Translations under genes and position numbers: made by a program
Shown here: piece by piece, positions 47,866 to 58,897 of the stretch
Layout: the number at the start of each line of letters is the position of its first letter
Numbering within the stretch: the stretch's first letter is position 1
Source of the DNA: Edaphobacter sp.
GTDB taxonomy: Bacteria > Acidobacteriota > Terriglobia > Terriglobales > Acidobacteriaceae
NCBI GenBank assembly: GCA_035492215.1
Contig: DATJJJ010000057.1
Location: 324 to 64,323 of the forward strand
Direction of reading: 5' to 3'
DNA: 64,000 bases
Notes under the pieces: model-generated
What the model saw: the letters and a program-made list of their open reading frames with translations, nothing else
The model's database searches: none
What the model was told of the DNA's origin: nothing

Positions 47866-48008
47866 TTCGTTTGGGCTGATTTTCGCACCGAAATTTGGAG
47901 AAAGAGGTTCGAGGGGCGCAGATCGTCGGGAAGTCTGCAGGGATCATGGTTATGGAGCATTTAGAATCAAGAGATTCAACGACAAAGGATCGACGAAAAG
48001 AGCTGGCC

Positions 48009-48971
48009 ATGGGGAAAGATGCGAAGAAGGCGCTGACATTTCAGGAACTTCTGTTTCGTTTGCAGAGGTTCTGGGGTGACCAGGGTTGCGTGCTGCAGCA
48101 GCCCTACGATGTGGAGGTGGGCGCCGGTACGATGTCTCCCGATACGTTTTTACGGGTGCTGGGACCGAAGCCGGTTCGAATTGCGTATGCGCAGCCGTCG
48201 CGGCGGCCTGCGGACGGACGATATGGCGAGAATCCGAATCGGTTGTTCCGGCATACGCAGTTGCAGGTGATTCTGAAGCCGCCACCGGAGCGGATTCAGG
48301 AGCTGTATCTCGAGTCGCTGGAGGCGATCGGCATCGACCTTCGCGAGCACGCTATCAAGTTTGAAGAGGACAACTGGGAGTGGCCGGTGGGCGGAGCGTG
48401 GGGCGTGGGCTGGCAGGTGATGCTGGACGGCCTGGAGATTACGCAGTTCACTTACTTCCAACAGTGCGGCGGCATGGATCTGGACCCGATCTGCGGCGAG
48501 ATTACGTATGGTCTTGAGCGCATCGCGGGCTTTCTGCAGGATGTGGATTCGATCTACGACATTGTGTGGGCCGAGGAGCCGGATACGGGCCGCAAGGTGA
48601 CCTATGGGGAGATGCGGTTGGCCGAGGAGGAACAGTTTTCGGCTTACAGCTTCGATTATGCCGAGGTTCCGAAGCTGTGGGAGCACCTGAAACTGTATGA
48701 GACCGAGTGCCTGGACCTGCTGGAGAAGGCGAAGGGTATGGACAAGATGGACGCTCTGACGCTGAAGCGGTTTCCAGTGCTGGGCGCCTATGAACTGGCG
48801 TTGAAGTGCTCGCATGTCTTCAATCTGCTGGATGCTCGCGGAGCGATCTCGGTGACGGAGCGCGTGGGTGTGATGGCGCGGATTCGGGCTCTGGTGATTG
48901 GCGTTGCGAAGGCATATGCGCAGCAAGGTGAATTGCTTGCCGCGGAGCCTGTGGGCGCGCTGGCGAGTTAG
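48009..48971 (+). CDS. glyQ: Glycyl-tRNA synthetase alpha subunit
   Basis: [45 protein letters not shown] motifs. Confidence 0.97.
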   Translation: MGKDAKKALTFQELLFRLQRFWGDQGCVLQQPYDVEVGAGTMSPDTFLRVLGPKPVRIAYAQPSRRPADGRYGENPNRLFRHTQLQVILKPPPERIQELYLESLEAIGIDLREHAIKFEEDNWEWPVGGAWGVGWQVMLDGLEITQFTYFQQCGGMDLDPICGEITYGLERIAGFLQDVDSIYDIVWAEEPDTGRKVTYGEMRLAEEEQFSAYSFDYAEVPKLWEHLKLYETECLDLLEKAKGMDKMDALTLKRFPVLGAYELALKCSHVFNLLDARGAISVTERVGVMARIRALVIGVAKAYAQQGELLAAEPVGALAS

Positions 48972-49060
48972 GCGATTTTGCAAAATCCGTCCCCGCATTG
49001 AAGTGAGGATGGAGTGGCCGGGTGTTGTGTTGGCCCGGAGAAGAGACGAGTTAGAGAGCG

Positions 49061-51169
49061 ATGGCGGATTTTCTTTTTGAAATTGGGCTGGAAGAGGTTC
49101 CGGCACGGATGATTGCAGGGGCGCAGGCGGAGTTGGAGCGGCGCGTGCGAGGGCTGCTGGAGCGCGAGAGGTTGTTAGCCCCTGAGGCAGCTGCGAAGAG
49201 TTTTTCGACACCACGCCGCATTGCCGTGTTGGTGAACGGCGTGGCGGAACGGCAGGACGACGCGTCGGAGGAGCTGACGGGGCCTTCGGTGAAGGTTGCG
49301 TTCAAGGATGGCGTTGCGACTCCGGCGGCGGCGGCGTTTGCGAAGAAGGCGAGTGTGGCGGTCGAGGATTTGAAGACGGTCACGACGCCGAAGGGGGAGT
49401 ACCTTGCCGCGACGGTGGTGAAACCAGGGCGTGCGGCGGCTGAGGTGCTTGCTGAGGAGTTGCCGAAGGAGATTGCGGCGATCTACTGGGCGAAGAACAT
49501 GTACTGGCGTGCAGGCAAGCCGGAACGGTTTGTGCGGCCGGTGCGTTGGATGATTGCGCTGCTGGGCGAGCAGGTGGTACCGGTGGAGTTCGGTGGCAAA
49601 GTGGCTGGCGCGGTGACCTATGGACATCGTGTGTTGTTTGGCGATGCGGCGATCAAGCTCGAGGCTCCGGCGAAGTATGAAGAGGCTTTGCTGCAGGCGT
49701 ATGTGATTGCCGATGTGGAGACGCGACGGCAGAAGATTCGCAAGGCACTGGATCGAGTGACGCGAACGGTGGATGGTGCGCGATGGCGCGAGGATCATGG
49801 CCTGATCGACACGCTGACGCACCTGACGGAATGGGCTTCGGACCGCTCGGTGATTCTGGGAAATTTCGAGCCGGAGTATCTCGCGTTGCCGGAGGAGGTT
49901 CTGGTGACGGTGATGCGCGATCACCAGAAATATCTTGCGGTTGAAGATAGCAGTGGCAAGCTTGCACCGCATTTTCTGGCTGTTCTCAATACGGAGTCTA
50001 ACGACGCGGGGCTTGGCGTGATTCGTCATGGCAATGAGCGCGTGTTGCGGGCTCGCTTCAACGACGCACGGTTCTTCTGGGAGTTCGATCAGCGTGTGCC
50101 GCTGAAGGAACGGGTGAAGCTGCTCGAGAACGTGACCTTCCAAAAGGAACTGGGCAGTTACGCGGCGAAGACGACGCGGGTGCGTGAGCTGGCGTTGGAC
50201 TTTGCCGAGCTGGTGACGGAGCGTAGCAGTGCCGTGAACGCAGTTGCGCTGGACGAGGCGGTTACGCTGGCAAAGACCGACCTGACGACAGAGCTGGTGA
50301 AGGAGTTCACGGAGCTGCAGGGTATCGTTGGCGGATTGTATGCGAAAGCGCAGGGCTTCTCGGAGGCTGCTGCGACGGCGATCTACGACCAGTATCTGCC
50401 GGAGTCGATGGAGGACTCGGTGCCGCGCACGATGGAAGGCTCGCTGCTTTCGATTGCGGATAAGGCGGATACGATCGCGGGCATGTTCGGGCTTGGACTG
50501 GAGCCGACGGGGTCGAAGGATCCCTTTGCACTGCGGCGCGCAGCGAACGGCATCGTGAAGATTCTTGCCGAGAGTGTGCCTGCGTTGTCGCTGACACTGA
50601 GCGAGGTTGCAGGACGCGCGACGGAGAACGAAGCGGTTGAGGCCAGCGTGCGTGGGTTTCTTGTGGAGCGGCTGGAGTTCTACCTGCGTGAGGCAAAGGG
50701 ACAGGCCTACGATGTGGTGAAGGCGGTTTTAGTGGCTGGCAGCGACGATGTTCGTGACGCTGTGGCTCGCGCCGAGGCGGTTACAGCGGTTCGCGGCTCC
50801 GCGGACTTTGAGGCGGTGAGTGCCGCCTTCAAGCGCATGAAGAATATTCTGGCGCAGGCGAAGGAGAAGGGTGAGATTATTCCCGCGTGCGCGACTGAGC
50901 TGAAGGAGGCTCATCCTGCACAGAGTGGTCTGTCGACGGCAGCTGCTCAAGTCGGTGAGAGAGTGGAGGCACTGCGCGAGAGGCGGGAGTATGTTCCTGC
51001 GCTCGAGGCCGTGGCGACGCTGCGTCCGCAGGTCGATGCATTCTTCGATCAGGTGATGGTGATGGATCCGAATGCCGAGGTTCGTCAGAGCAGGCTGGCG
51101 TTGCTTTCAGAGATTGTGAAGAGCTTCTCGGGAATTGCAGAGTTTTCGGAGATTGTGACCGCGGGATAA
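49061..51169 (+). CDS. glyS: Glycyl-tRNA synthetase beta subunit
   Basis: LFEIGLEEVP, TPRR, FVRPVRW, GNERVLRAR, EFTELQG, GSKDPFALRR motifs. Confidence 0.97.
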   Translation: MADFLFEIGLEEVPARMIAGAQAELERRVRGLLERERLLAPEAAAKSFSTPRRIAVLVNGVAERQDDASEELTGPSVKVAFKDGVATPAAAAFAKKASVAVEDLKTVTTPKGEYLAATVVKPGRAAAEVLAEELPKEIAAIYWAKNMYWRAGKPERFVRPVRWMIALLGEQVVPVEFGGKVAGAVTYGHRVLFGDAAIKLEAPAKYEEALLQAYVIADVETRRQKIRKALDRVTRTVDGARWREDHGLIDTLTHLTEWASDRSVILGNFEPEYLALPEEVLVTVMRDHQKYLAVEDSSGKLAPHFLAVLNTESNDAGLGVIRHGNERVLRARFNDARFFWEFDQRVPLKERVKLLENVTFQKELGSYAAKTTRVRELALDFAELVTERSSAVNAVALDEAVTLAKTDLTTELVKEFTELQGIVGGLYAKAQGFSEAAATAIYDQYLPESMEDSVPRTMEGSLLSIADKADTIAGMFGLGLEPTGSKDPFALRRAANGIVKILAESVPALSLTLSEVAGRATENEAVEASVRGFLVERLEFYLREAKGQAYDVVKAVLVAGSDDVRDAVARAEAVTAVRGSADFEAVSAAFKRMKNILAQAKEKGEIIPACATELKEAHPAQSGLSTAAAQVGERVEALRERREYVPALEAVATLRPQVDAFFDQVMVMDPNAEVRQSRLALLSEIVKSFSGIAEFSEIVTAG

Positions 51170-51339
51170 GTGGTTAGGAGTAGGACTTCAAAACGCAGAG
51201 AGTATGGCGTTCCGCGAATTTTCATGAAGACGTGTAATTCTTTGGACGGGCCTACTCAATCGGTGCGGCTGGGATTTCTGTCGCCAGATATCTTCAGCCA
51301 TACATCCATTGCAAAACTTTACTTCAGAGAGAGGGAACC

Positions 51340-52287
51340 ATGCCGTTACCGAATGACGAGAAGCTGATTCAGCTGAGCAACGATCTGATCGCTCAGTTCG
51401 ATGCGATCTTTGGACAGAACCCCGGTTTCCGGCCAGCGCATGCCAAGGGCGTGATGCTGAAGGGAACCTTCGTGCCGGCGGCCGAGGCTGCATTGTTGTC
51501 GCGGGCTCCGCACTTTGCCAGGCCGGTGCCGGTGGTGGTGCGCTTTTCGAACTCCACGGGGCTGCCATTGATTCCGGATAACGATCCGAACGCGAATCCG
51601 CGGGGAATGGCTGTTCGATTTTCTATGGCTGAACACGCCCATACCGATATCGTGAGTCACTCGACCGATGGATTTCCGACGCGCACCGGCGCCGAATTTC
51701 TGGAGTTCCTGAAGGCTCTGGCGGCGAGCGATCCGAAGAATCTCGCGGGCTCGCCTTTGGAAGCCTTCCTTGGTCAGCATCCCGAGGCGCTGGCCTTTGT
51801 GCAGACGCCGAAGCCTGCGCCTTCGAGCTTTGCGCGGGAGACGTACTTCGGCGTGACCGCGATGAAGTTCATCAATAAAGACGGAGCCGGCCGGTTTGGC
51901 CGCTATCGCATTCTGCCGGAGGCGGGAAACGACCATCTGGACGCCGATGCGGTTGCCGTCAAGCCGGAGAACTACCTGATGGAGGAGATCGTTGAGCGGA
52001 TTGGTCAGGCTCCGGTGAAGTTCACGATTGCGGTACAGCTGGCTGAAGACGGTGATGTGGTGGATAACGCCACGGTGCACTGGCCGGAGTCGCGCACGGT
52101 GATGACGTTGGGGACGCTGGAGCTGACTGAGCCGATCGCCGATAGTCTTGCCGAGCAGCAACACATCATCTTCGATCCGATACCGCGTGTCGATGGTCTC
52201 GAGCCATCCGATGATCCTCTGTTGGAGCTGCGAGCTGCGGTCTACCTGATCAGTGGGCGTCGGCGCAGGGCGGCAGAGAAGAAGTAG
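51340..52287 (+). CDS. Catalase-related peroxidase (SrpA-like)
   Basis: RPAHAKG, VRFS, PRGMAVRF, FDP, DPLL..R..VY..S motifs. Confidence 0.92.
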   Translation: MPLPNDEKLIQLSNDLIAQFDAIFGQNPGFRPAHAKGVMLKGTFVPAAEAALLSRAPHFARPVPVVVRFSNSTGLPLIPDNDPNANPRGMAVRFSMAEHAHTDIVSHSTDGFPTRTGAEFLEFLKALAASDPKNLAGSPLEAFLGQHPEALAFVQTPKPAPSSFARETYFGVTAMKFINKDGAGRFGRYRILPEAGNDHLDADAVAVKPENYLMEEIVERIGQAPVKFTIAVQLAEDGDVVDNATVHWPESRTVMTLGTLELTEPIADSLAEQQHIIFDPIPRVDGLEPSDDPLLELRAAVYLISGRRRRAAEKK

Positions 52288-52359
52288 TCCTGTGTTCGCA
52301 ACTCGACTGAGCAGCCGCTTCATAAGCACGCGAGTGACGATATGGAGCGGCTACAGGGC
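52287..52359 (+). ncRNA. Candidate structured RNA (three-way junction, GNRA-capped arm)
   Basis: P1 52287-93/52353-59, P2 52294-98/52308-12, P3 12 bp 52313-24/52341-52 capped by CAC-GCGA-GTG. Confidence 0.3.
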
Positions 52360-52398
52360 GACCGTTGCGTATGTGTTCCCAGGTACGAACGCAGACAG

Positions 52399-53046
52399 CT
52401 AATTGAGCCGTTGCAGGCGGGCGATCAGCTTTTCGGCAAGAGGCTCACCGGATTCGGTCCAGAGAAGGCGGCTGGAGATGCCGGAGTTCTTTTCGACCGA
52501 GAGGGTGAAGGCGAGCAGCATCTCGATGTTCTGCTGGATGTGCTTTTGCGCCTCTTCATCGAGCTCATCGTCGTCTTCATCCATGACCCATGGAGTATCG
52601 AGTCCGAAGTCGACGCGGATATGACCGTTCTGCTCATAGCTAGCCTGATCGAAGAGCGGACCAAAGCCGATGATCTTGACGGTGGAAGGCTGGGGACGCC
52701 ATAGGGTATCGAGTGCAGCTTCAGAGGGAGCGTCACTGGCCTCGGGCCTCCAGAGGTTCCACTTCATCTCAAACTCGTAGGCCATGTCGTCGTGGAGTTG
52801 TTCTGTAGCTTCGGCGACCGCGTTCTCGATGATGGAGTCCTCTGTGGATTGGGCGCGATCGTCGTTGACGTAGATGCGCTGATAGACGGGGGACTCGGTA
52901 AAGCTGATGGGATAGACCGACGCGGCTGCGACCCGTTTTTCTCCGCTGACCAGAGCGAACTGACGAAGCACGGAGACAAGAGCCGCGGGCAGCGCCTCGA
53001 AGCGGAAGTTGGGAAACCAGAGGCTGAGATAGAGCTGATCGGCCAT
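52399..53046 (-). CDS. Hypothetical acidic protein
   Basis: Start MADQLYLSLW lies 6 nt after TACACT; protein-like composition; divergent from the lpt operon. Confidence 0.8.
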   Translation of the reverse strand: MADQLYLSLWFPNFRFEALPAALVSVLRQFALVSGEKRVAAASVYPISFTESPVYQRIYVNDDRAQSTEDSIIENAVAEATEQLHDDMAYEFEMKWNLWRPEASDAPSEAALDTLWRPQPSTVKIIGFGPLFDQASYEQNGHIRVDFGLDTPWVMDEDDDELDEEAQKHIQQNIEMLLAFTLSVEKNSGISSRLLWTESGEPLAEKLIARLQRLN

Positions 53047-53127
53047 GGGGATAGTGTACAGGCCGTGGATGACGAAGAGGGAGGCCTTACAGGACAGAGG
53101 ATGAGAGAATAAACAGACGGTTTTACG

Positions 53128-55563
53128 ATGCTGGTTTCTATAGAAAGACTGCGAAGATGGCTGCTGGTGGGCGGAGGTCTGCTCATGCTGGTCGTTGCCA
53201 GCTTTCTTGGGTATGCCCACTACCGTTCCCATCGCTTTCTGACAGAACTGCCGAAGAAACTAGGCGCCGACATCCAGCAGGAGGCGAATGCCTTCACCTG
53301 GTCGCAGAGTGTGAAAGGAAGAACCGTTTTTACGGTCCATGCCGCCAAGGAAACCCAGCACAAGAACGGAACGTATACGCTTCACGATGTGGAGATCACG
53401 GTCTACGGGCAAGGCGAGGAGGAGTCGAAGCGGGTCGACCACATCTCAGGAAAAGAGTTTGAGCTGGATCAGTCGGCGGGTATCGTGCGCGCTATGGGTG
53501 AGGTGCACCTGGATCTTCAGGCCCCAGAGAAGCAGGAAGCCGCAAACGAGGGCAAGGAACAGGCGAGCGAGAATGCACGGCTGATTCATGTAAAGACCAG
53601 CGGACTGATCTATCAGCAGAAGCTTGGGACGGCCGAGACGGATCAGCCAATCGAGTTTGAATATAACGGACTCACCGGGCATGCCACCGGAGCGAACTAC
53701 AACGCGGACGACGGCATTCTGGTGCTGCATTCGGATGTAAAGGTGAGCGGACTGGATCAGGGCAGACCGATTCTGCTGACAGCCACGCATGGAGAACTGG
53801 ACCGCACGAACCGGCAGGTTGTTCTTACGCAGGCCAAGTATGTCACTGTGAACGCCGAGGAAAAAGGGCAGGGAGCCCGGCAGACAGTCGAAGCGCGGAA
53901 AGCTACGGTGATGTTGCGTAAGGATGGATCCGCGGAACGATTGATAGGGGAAGGCGGTGTGTTCGTAACCGCCGGGGATGGTTCCACGATGACGGCACAG
54001 CGTGGGGAGGTCACGCTCAACGAGGCCAACAAGCCGCAGGTGCTGACCTTGCAAGGAGGAATCAAGTACGCGGCAGACGATGAATCGCGGACCGCCTCTG
54101 GGGAGGCCGGCGACGCACGGATCGTGTTTGACGGCCAGGGACATGCGCAGAACGCGATTTTGAGGAACGCGGTTCACTTGAACGAGAGGCTTCTTCCGCA
54201 GGGAACAGCGAAGTCGGGAAGCGAACGGGATTTGACTGCGGATACGGTGCAGATGTCCCTGGCTACAGCGGAGGGTGAAAAGCTGTGGATGCGGAATGCG
54301 AAGGCCAGCGGAGGAGCTCGACTGAAGGTCACAGATGCGGCGCGAGAGGGGACTCGAGTGAGTTCCATGCGTGGAGATGTGCTGACAGCCAATTTCGCTT
54401 CTGTGGGAGGAAGGTCGCGGCTGACTCAGGTGAATGGTGATGGACGCACTGCGCTCGAACAGAGCCATGACGATGGTGTGGTTCAGGCAAGCTCCGGTGA
54501 CACGCTCAAAGTGAGTTTTCAAGGGGCGGCTTCGGGAACCGGGAAAGACGAGATTGCATCCGCCGTGCAGCAGGGACATATCGTGCTGACGCGCAGGATC
54601 CCTGTAAAGCCGGCGCAGGACGGACGATATGAGCTCGACAAGGCAACGGCGAAGACGGCCACGTACGACGGCGCGACGCAATGGGTAACGCTGAATGGTG
54701 CCGTGGAGATGCAGAGTCCGGAGGGGGCGTTATGGGCTGATCAGGTCATGATCGAACAGAAGACGGGCGATGCGAAGGCGGAAGGATCCGTGAAGGCGAG
54801 CTATCAACAGGGAGCGAAGGGGCAGACTCTGCACGTGTTGTCGCAGAGGGCCGATCTGAAGAAAGCCAACGATATGGCGATCTTTTATGGCGCTACAGAT
54901 AAGCCTGCCCGTCTGTGGCAGGGGGCATCGCAGATTGAGGCTCCGGTATTGCAGTTCGAACGCAAAGCGGGAAGGCTGACCGCTCGCGGAGACGATGCAA
55001 AACAGGGGATGCCGGTGCACACGGTACTGGTAAGCGCCGGCGCGGACGAAAGACAGAAAGCGTCTGTAGCTGAAGGGGCTAGTCTTCGTAGGCCGGCGGT
55101 GGTCCGCATTGGGAGCGGAGAGATGGTGTACTCCGATGCGGAGCGTGCAGCGGAGTTTACCGGCGGAGTCAACGTACAGAGCGCAGACGGAGTGATGCGA
55201 GGAAGAAAAGCAATAGCTTACTTACAGCCTGCCAAAGAGAGCAAAGGTGCGGGGTCTCGTGGAGAACAGGATCTTTTAGGCGGTGCGGTAGAGCGGGTGG
55301 TGGTGAACGGATCGATTGAGATCGAGCAGAGCGGAAGGCGCGCAACCGGGGATCGCTTGATCTACACAGCGGCAGACGGCATCTTTGTGCTGACCGGAAC
55401 GGACACACAGCCTCCCAAGGTTGTGGATGCTGCCCGAGGCACGGTTACAGGCCGTGAGCTTCGATTCCGTCAGCAGGATGCCAGCGTAGTGATTTCTAAT
55501 GGAGATGCAAGCGGTGCAGGCCAGAGAGTTCGAACGGAGACGCGGGTGAAGAGAGAACGATGA
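53128..55563 (+). CDS. Large LptC/LptA (OstA repeat) LPS-export protein
   Basis: N-terminal TM then 800 aa of beta-jellyroll-like repeats; C-terminal LptA-like [17 protein letters not shown]; directly upstream of lptB. Confidence 0.8.
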   Translation: MLVSIERLRRWLLVGGGLLMLVVASFLGYAHYRSHRFLTELPKKLGADIQQEANAFTWSQSVKGRTVFTVHAAKETQHKNGTYTLHDVEITVYGQGEEESKRVDHISGKEFELDQSAGIVRAMGEVHLDLQAPEKQEAANEGKEQASENARLIHVKTSGLIYQQKLGTAETDQPIEFEYNGLTGHATGANYNADDGILVLHSDVKVSGLDQGRPILLTATHGELDRTNRQVVLTQAKYVTVNAEEKGQGARQTVEARKATVMLRKDGSAERLIGEGGVFVTAGDGSTMTAQRGEVTLNEANKPQVLTLQGGIKYAADDESRTASGEAGDARIVFDGQGHAQNAILRNAVHLNERLLPQGTAKSGSERDLTADTVQMSLATAEGEKLWMRNAKASGGARLKVTDAAREGTRVSSMRGDVLTANFASVGGRSRLTQVNGDGRTALEQSHDDGVVQASSGDTLKVSFQGAASGTGKDEIASAVQQGHIVLTRRIPVKPAQDGRYELDKATAKTATYDGATQWVTLNGAVEMQSPEGALWADQVMIEQKTGDAKAEGSVKASYQQGAKGQTLHVLSQRADLKKANDMAIFYGATDKPARLWQGASQIEAPVLQFERKAGRLTARGDDAKQGMPVHTVLVSAGADERQKASVAEGASLRRPAVVRIGSGEMVYSDAERAAEFTGGVNVQSADGVMRGRKAIAYLQPAKESKGAGSRGEQDLLGGAVERVVVNGSIEIEQSGRRATGDRLIYTAADGIFVLTGTDTQPPKVVDAARGTVTGRELRFRQQDASVVISNGDASGAGQRVRTETRVKRER

Positions 55564-56288
55564 GGACGCTATCGACGGAAGAGATTGGCAAGTCGTATGG
55601 GGGCCGCCAGGTGGTAAGAGGAGTCAGCCTGAAGATTGAGCAGGGTGAGGTAGTCGGTCTACTGGGCCCCAATGGTGCCGGTAAGACGACCAGCTTTTAT
55701 ATGATCGTTGGCCTGGTAAGGCCCGATGCAGGGCGGGTGTTGGCCGACGGAACCGAGATTACGCGGCTCCCGATGTATCTGCGGGCCCGAGAGTACGGCA
55801 TCAGCTATCTACCTCAGGAGCCATCGGTCTTTCGCAAACTGACTGTAGAGGACAACATTCTGGCCGTGCTGGAGACGCAGCCTTTGAGCTGGGAGGCGCG
55901 AAGAACGCGGACCGAGAAACTGATAGAGCAGCTGAACCTGGCTCATGTTCGTAAGACGCGTGGCTATGCGCTGAGCGGTGGAGAGCGGCGGCGTGTGGAA
56001 ATTGCGCGTTGCCTGGCAATCAATCCTGCGTTTATTTTGCTGGATGAGCCGTTTTCAGGGATCGACCCCATTGCCGTGATTGACCTGCAGGAGATTATTT
56101 TTGGATTGAAGCGCTCGGGGATCGGGGTTCTTATTACGGATCATAATGTTCGGGAGACGCTCTCCGTAACCGACCGAGCCTATATCATTAACGAGGGAAA
56201 GATCTTTCGGGCCGGTACGCCTGGTGATCTTGGCCGGGATCCCGAAGTTCGAAGGGTCTATCTTGGAGAGAAGTTTTCGATGGAGTAG
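55560..56288 (+). CDS. lptB: LPS export ABC transporter ATP-binding protein
   Basis: [47 protein letters not shown] motifs. Confidence 0.97.
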   Translation: MRTLSTEEIGKSYGGRQVVRGVSLKIEQGEVVGLLGPNGAGKTTSFYMIVGLVRPDAGRVLADGTEITRLPMYLRAREYGISYLPQEPSVFRKLTVEDNILAVLETQPLSWEARRTRTEKLIEQLNLAHVRKTRGYALSGGERRRVEIARCLAINPAFILLDEPFSGIDPIAVIDLQEIIFGLKRSGIGVLITDHNVRETLSVTDRAYIINEGKIFRAGTPGDLGRDPEVRRVYLGEKFSME

Positions 56289-56499
56289 ATACGATACAAC
56301 TTCTGTTGTAAAGCGCACTTATCCGGCGAGAGGTTGGGACTGGATTGGTCGCGTTAGACTTATGACATAGTCCATTTTTCAAATGGAGAAATTGTGGCTT
56401 GGAGACGTTCGTCCCAGCCGAAGCGATAGTCCGCAAGCGTGGAATCGTACTATCGTCTTCTCGATATAGAGTGCAATAAGCGGATGAGGATTAGCTGAC

Positions 56500-58164
56500 G
56501 TGCTCCTGCAACCTAAGCTCAACCTGAAGGTATCGCAGCGCCAAGTTCTGACCCCTGGATTGGTGCAGATGGTCAGTGTGCTTGCGCTGAACAAGCTTGA
56601 GCTGAAGGAGATGATCAACTCCGAAATCATTGAAAATCCAGTACTTGAAGAGATCGAAGACAGCGGAATTTCTCTGGAAGAGCGCTCCGGGCTGGAAGGG
56701 GATCGGGAACGATCGGCAGAAGATATGGCTGCCGACAGTGAGCGTCCGGAGAAGGACCCCTTCGACGAGATCGATTTTGGAAACTACTTTCAGGAGTATC
56801 TGGACCCGGGTTTTCGGACCGCTTCCAACTTTGAAGAGTATGACAAGCCGTCGTTTGAGAATTTTCTTTCACAGCCCAGCACGCTGAGCGACCACCTGAT
56901 GTGGCAGCTGGGATCCTTGACCCTCAGCTCCAGAATTCGCGCAGCGGCTGAACTGGTGATCGGAAATCTAAACGAGAACGGCTATCTGACGGCTACGGAT
57001 GAAGAACTTGCCGAGGCGCTGCTGCAGCTGGAGCATTCTGCCCAGCCGGATACGATTCTCATTGATTCCGGACGACGGCATCACGAGACCAATTCGGTAT
57101 CCGAGAGCACAAATTCTGAAGGGATTGAGATTGCGGCTGCAGAAGACGAACTTGAGCCAGTGCTGGCAGCGATTCGCGAGGCACGTGGGGTTGTCAGCAA
57201 TCTCGATCCGGTGGGAGTCGGGGCACGGGATCTTCGTGAGTGCCTTCTGATTCAGATTGAGGCTCAGCGTAATGAGGCTGCTCTTGCCTTGCGGCGCCGT
57301 CATGACGCAGTGGAAGAAAACGTCAGTGCGGGAGAAGCTGGTTCCCTGGCGGATCGCCAGGACGTCTTTACGACGGCCAGGCATATCGTCGAGAACTGCC
57401 TGATCCTTCTACAGAAGAAAGATATGCGGGAGCTGACACGGATCTGCGGCCGTTCAGCGGAGGAAGTTCATGCGGCTGTCGATTTTATCCGTTCTCTGGA
57501 TCCGCGTCCTGGACAGCGTTATAACCACACCGAGACACGGTTGATTGAGCCGGATGTTGCCTTTGTCAAGCGTGACGACAACTATGTTGTCCTGGTAAAC
57601 GAAGAGGATATGCCGGCGCTGCGGTTGAACCATAGCTATCGCAGAATGTTGCAGGAGAAGCAGACGGAGAAAGAGGTCAAGGAATACGTCAAGGAACGCT
57701 ACAAGTCGGCGATACAGCTGCTTCGCAATATCGAGCAGCGTAAGAATACGATTGTGCGCACCTGCGAGGTGATCGTACGACGTCAGACGGAGTTTCTGGA
57801 GCGTGGTGTCGACGCGTTGAAGCCGATGATGATCAAGGAAGTGGCCGAGGAGATCGGCGTACATCCTTCGACGGTGAGCCGTGCTGTGGCAAACAAATAT
57901 GTGCATACACCGCAGGGAGTATACGAGCTGCGGTTCTTCTTCTCCGAGGGTGTGAATGGGCCGGAGGGCGGCGATCTTCCCTTGGTGCTGCTCAAGCGCA
58001 AGGTGAAGAAGCTGATTGAAGAGGAAGACGCGCGCAAGCCGCTGACCGACGATCAGCTTGCGGCAGAGTTGCAGCGGCAAGGAATTCAGGTGACGCGCCG
58101 TACGGTGGCAAAATATCGCGAAGATATGCAGATTCCGAGTACCCATCAGCGCCGTGTTCGTTGA
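56500..58164 (+). CDS. rpoN: RNA polymerase sigma-54 factor
   Basis: Region I LTP.L, NPVLE, PVGVGARDLRECL, HPSTVSR, RpoN box RRTVAKYRE. Confidence 0.97.
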   Translation: MLLQPKLNLKVSQRQVLTPGLVQMVSVLALNKLELKEMINSEIIENPVLEEIEDSGISLEERSGLEGDRERSAEDMAADSERPEKDPFDEIDFGNYFQEYLDPGFRTASNFEEYDKPSFENFLSQPSTLSDHLMWQLGSLTLSSRIRAAAELVIGNLNENGYLTATDEELAEALLQLEHSAQPDTILIDSGRRHHETNSVSESTNSEGIEIAAAEDELEPVLAAIREARGVVSNLDPVGVGARDLRECLLIQIEAQRNEAALALRRRHDAVEENVSAGEAGSLADRQDVFTTARHIVENCLILLQKKDMRELTRICGRSAEEVHAAVDFIRSLDPRPGQRYNHTETRLIEPDVAFVKRDDNYVVLVNEEDMPALRLNHSYRRMLQEKQTEKEVKEYVKERYKSAIQLLRNIEQRKNTIVRTCEVIVRRQTEFLERGVDALKPMMIKEVAEEIGVHPSTVSRAVANKYVHTPQGVYELRFFFSEGVNGPEGGDLPLVLLKRKVKKLIEEEDARKPLTDDQLAAELQRQGIQVTRRTVAKYREDMQIPSTHQRRVR

Positions 58165-58197
58165 ACGGGCGTAATATGTCCACACGAGGTATCCCTG

Positions 58198-58839
58198 ATG
58201 AATGTGGATTACACCGGTAGACAGACAACAATCACCAAAAAACTGAAGTTGCAAACTGAAGCAGGGTTGGATCGGATCGTCAAAGTTATTGGAGATCCTG
58301 TCAGCGTGCATGTCATTCTGACGACGGAAAAGTACCGACATACGGCAGAGCTAACTGTACAAACCAAAAGTCTGAAGCTGGTGGCGCAGTGTGAAGCCAC
58401 AGATATGGAGATGGCCCTGCGCGACGCGTTGGCCGCGATCGAGAAACAGGCCATACGGCATAAAAAGAAAAAGACGACCATCAAACGGAATGCAACGGAG
58501 AGCGTGCGCAAAGTGGAGCTTGCTTCCTTGCCGAATGGGGAGGCCCTTGTTCCTGTGAAGGTGAAACGAGCGGAGAAGCCGGCGTCGTCTCGGAACGGAG
58601 TCGCGAGAAAGGCTGTGCCGATGCTGGTTCATTCGTTTCCCTCGGAGACGCCTTTAGCGGAGCCACACCTGGTTCGTTCCAATGATGGAGTTGCCCTGCG
58701 TCCGATGTCCCTGGAAGAAGCGGTCAAGGAGGCTGCCTTTCGCGATCGAGAGGTCTTCGTCTTTCGCGACCATGGAGGACAGGCGATGGTGCTTCACCGA
58801 AAACGTGACGGCAAGATGGAACTGATTGAGGTTCCGTAA
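58198..58839 (+). CDS. hpf: Ribosome hibernation promoting factor (long HPF/RaiA)
   Basis: N-terminal HPF domain and C-terminal PMSLEEAV...VFRD..VLHRKRDG; follows rpoN. Confidence 0.92.
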   Translation: MNVDYTGRQTTITKKLKLQTEAGLDRIVKVIGDPVSVHVILTTEKYRHTAELTVQTKSLKLVAQCEATDMEMALRDALAAIEKQAIRHKKKKTTIKRNATESVRKVELASLPNGEALVPVKVKRAEKPASSRNGVARKAVPMLVHSFPSETPLAEPHLVRSNDGVALRPMSLEEAVKEAAFRDREVFVFRDHGGQAMVLHRKRDGKMELIEVP

Positions 58840-58897
58840 GTGCGGGATGTTTCAACCGTGATCTTCTGTGGGCGTGACTGGTGCTAGGATTCCAGTC

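Noticed and set aside
47895-48008. T-box leader or long N-terminal extension of glyQ
   Set aside because: No T-box antiterminator motif; family-typical sequence starts at [12 protein letters not shown].
52313-52352. Group II intron domain V look-alike (AGC start, GNRA loop)
   Set aside because: Stem geometry (12+3 bp with an internal loop) differs from domain V; no domain VI and no reverse transcriptase ORF.
56990-57400. Insertions in RpoN as an intein or mobile insertion
   Set aside because: Short acidic loops with no intein terminal motifs (N-terminal C/S, C-terminal HN); ordinary variable regions.
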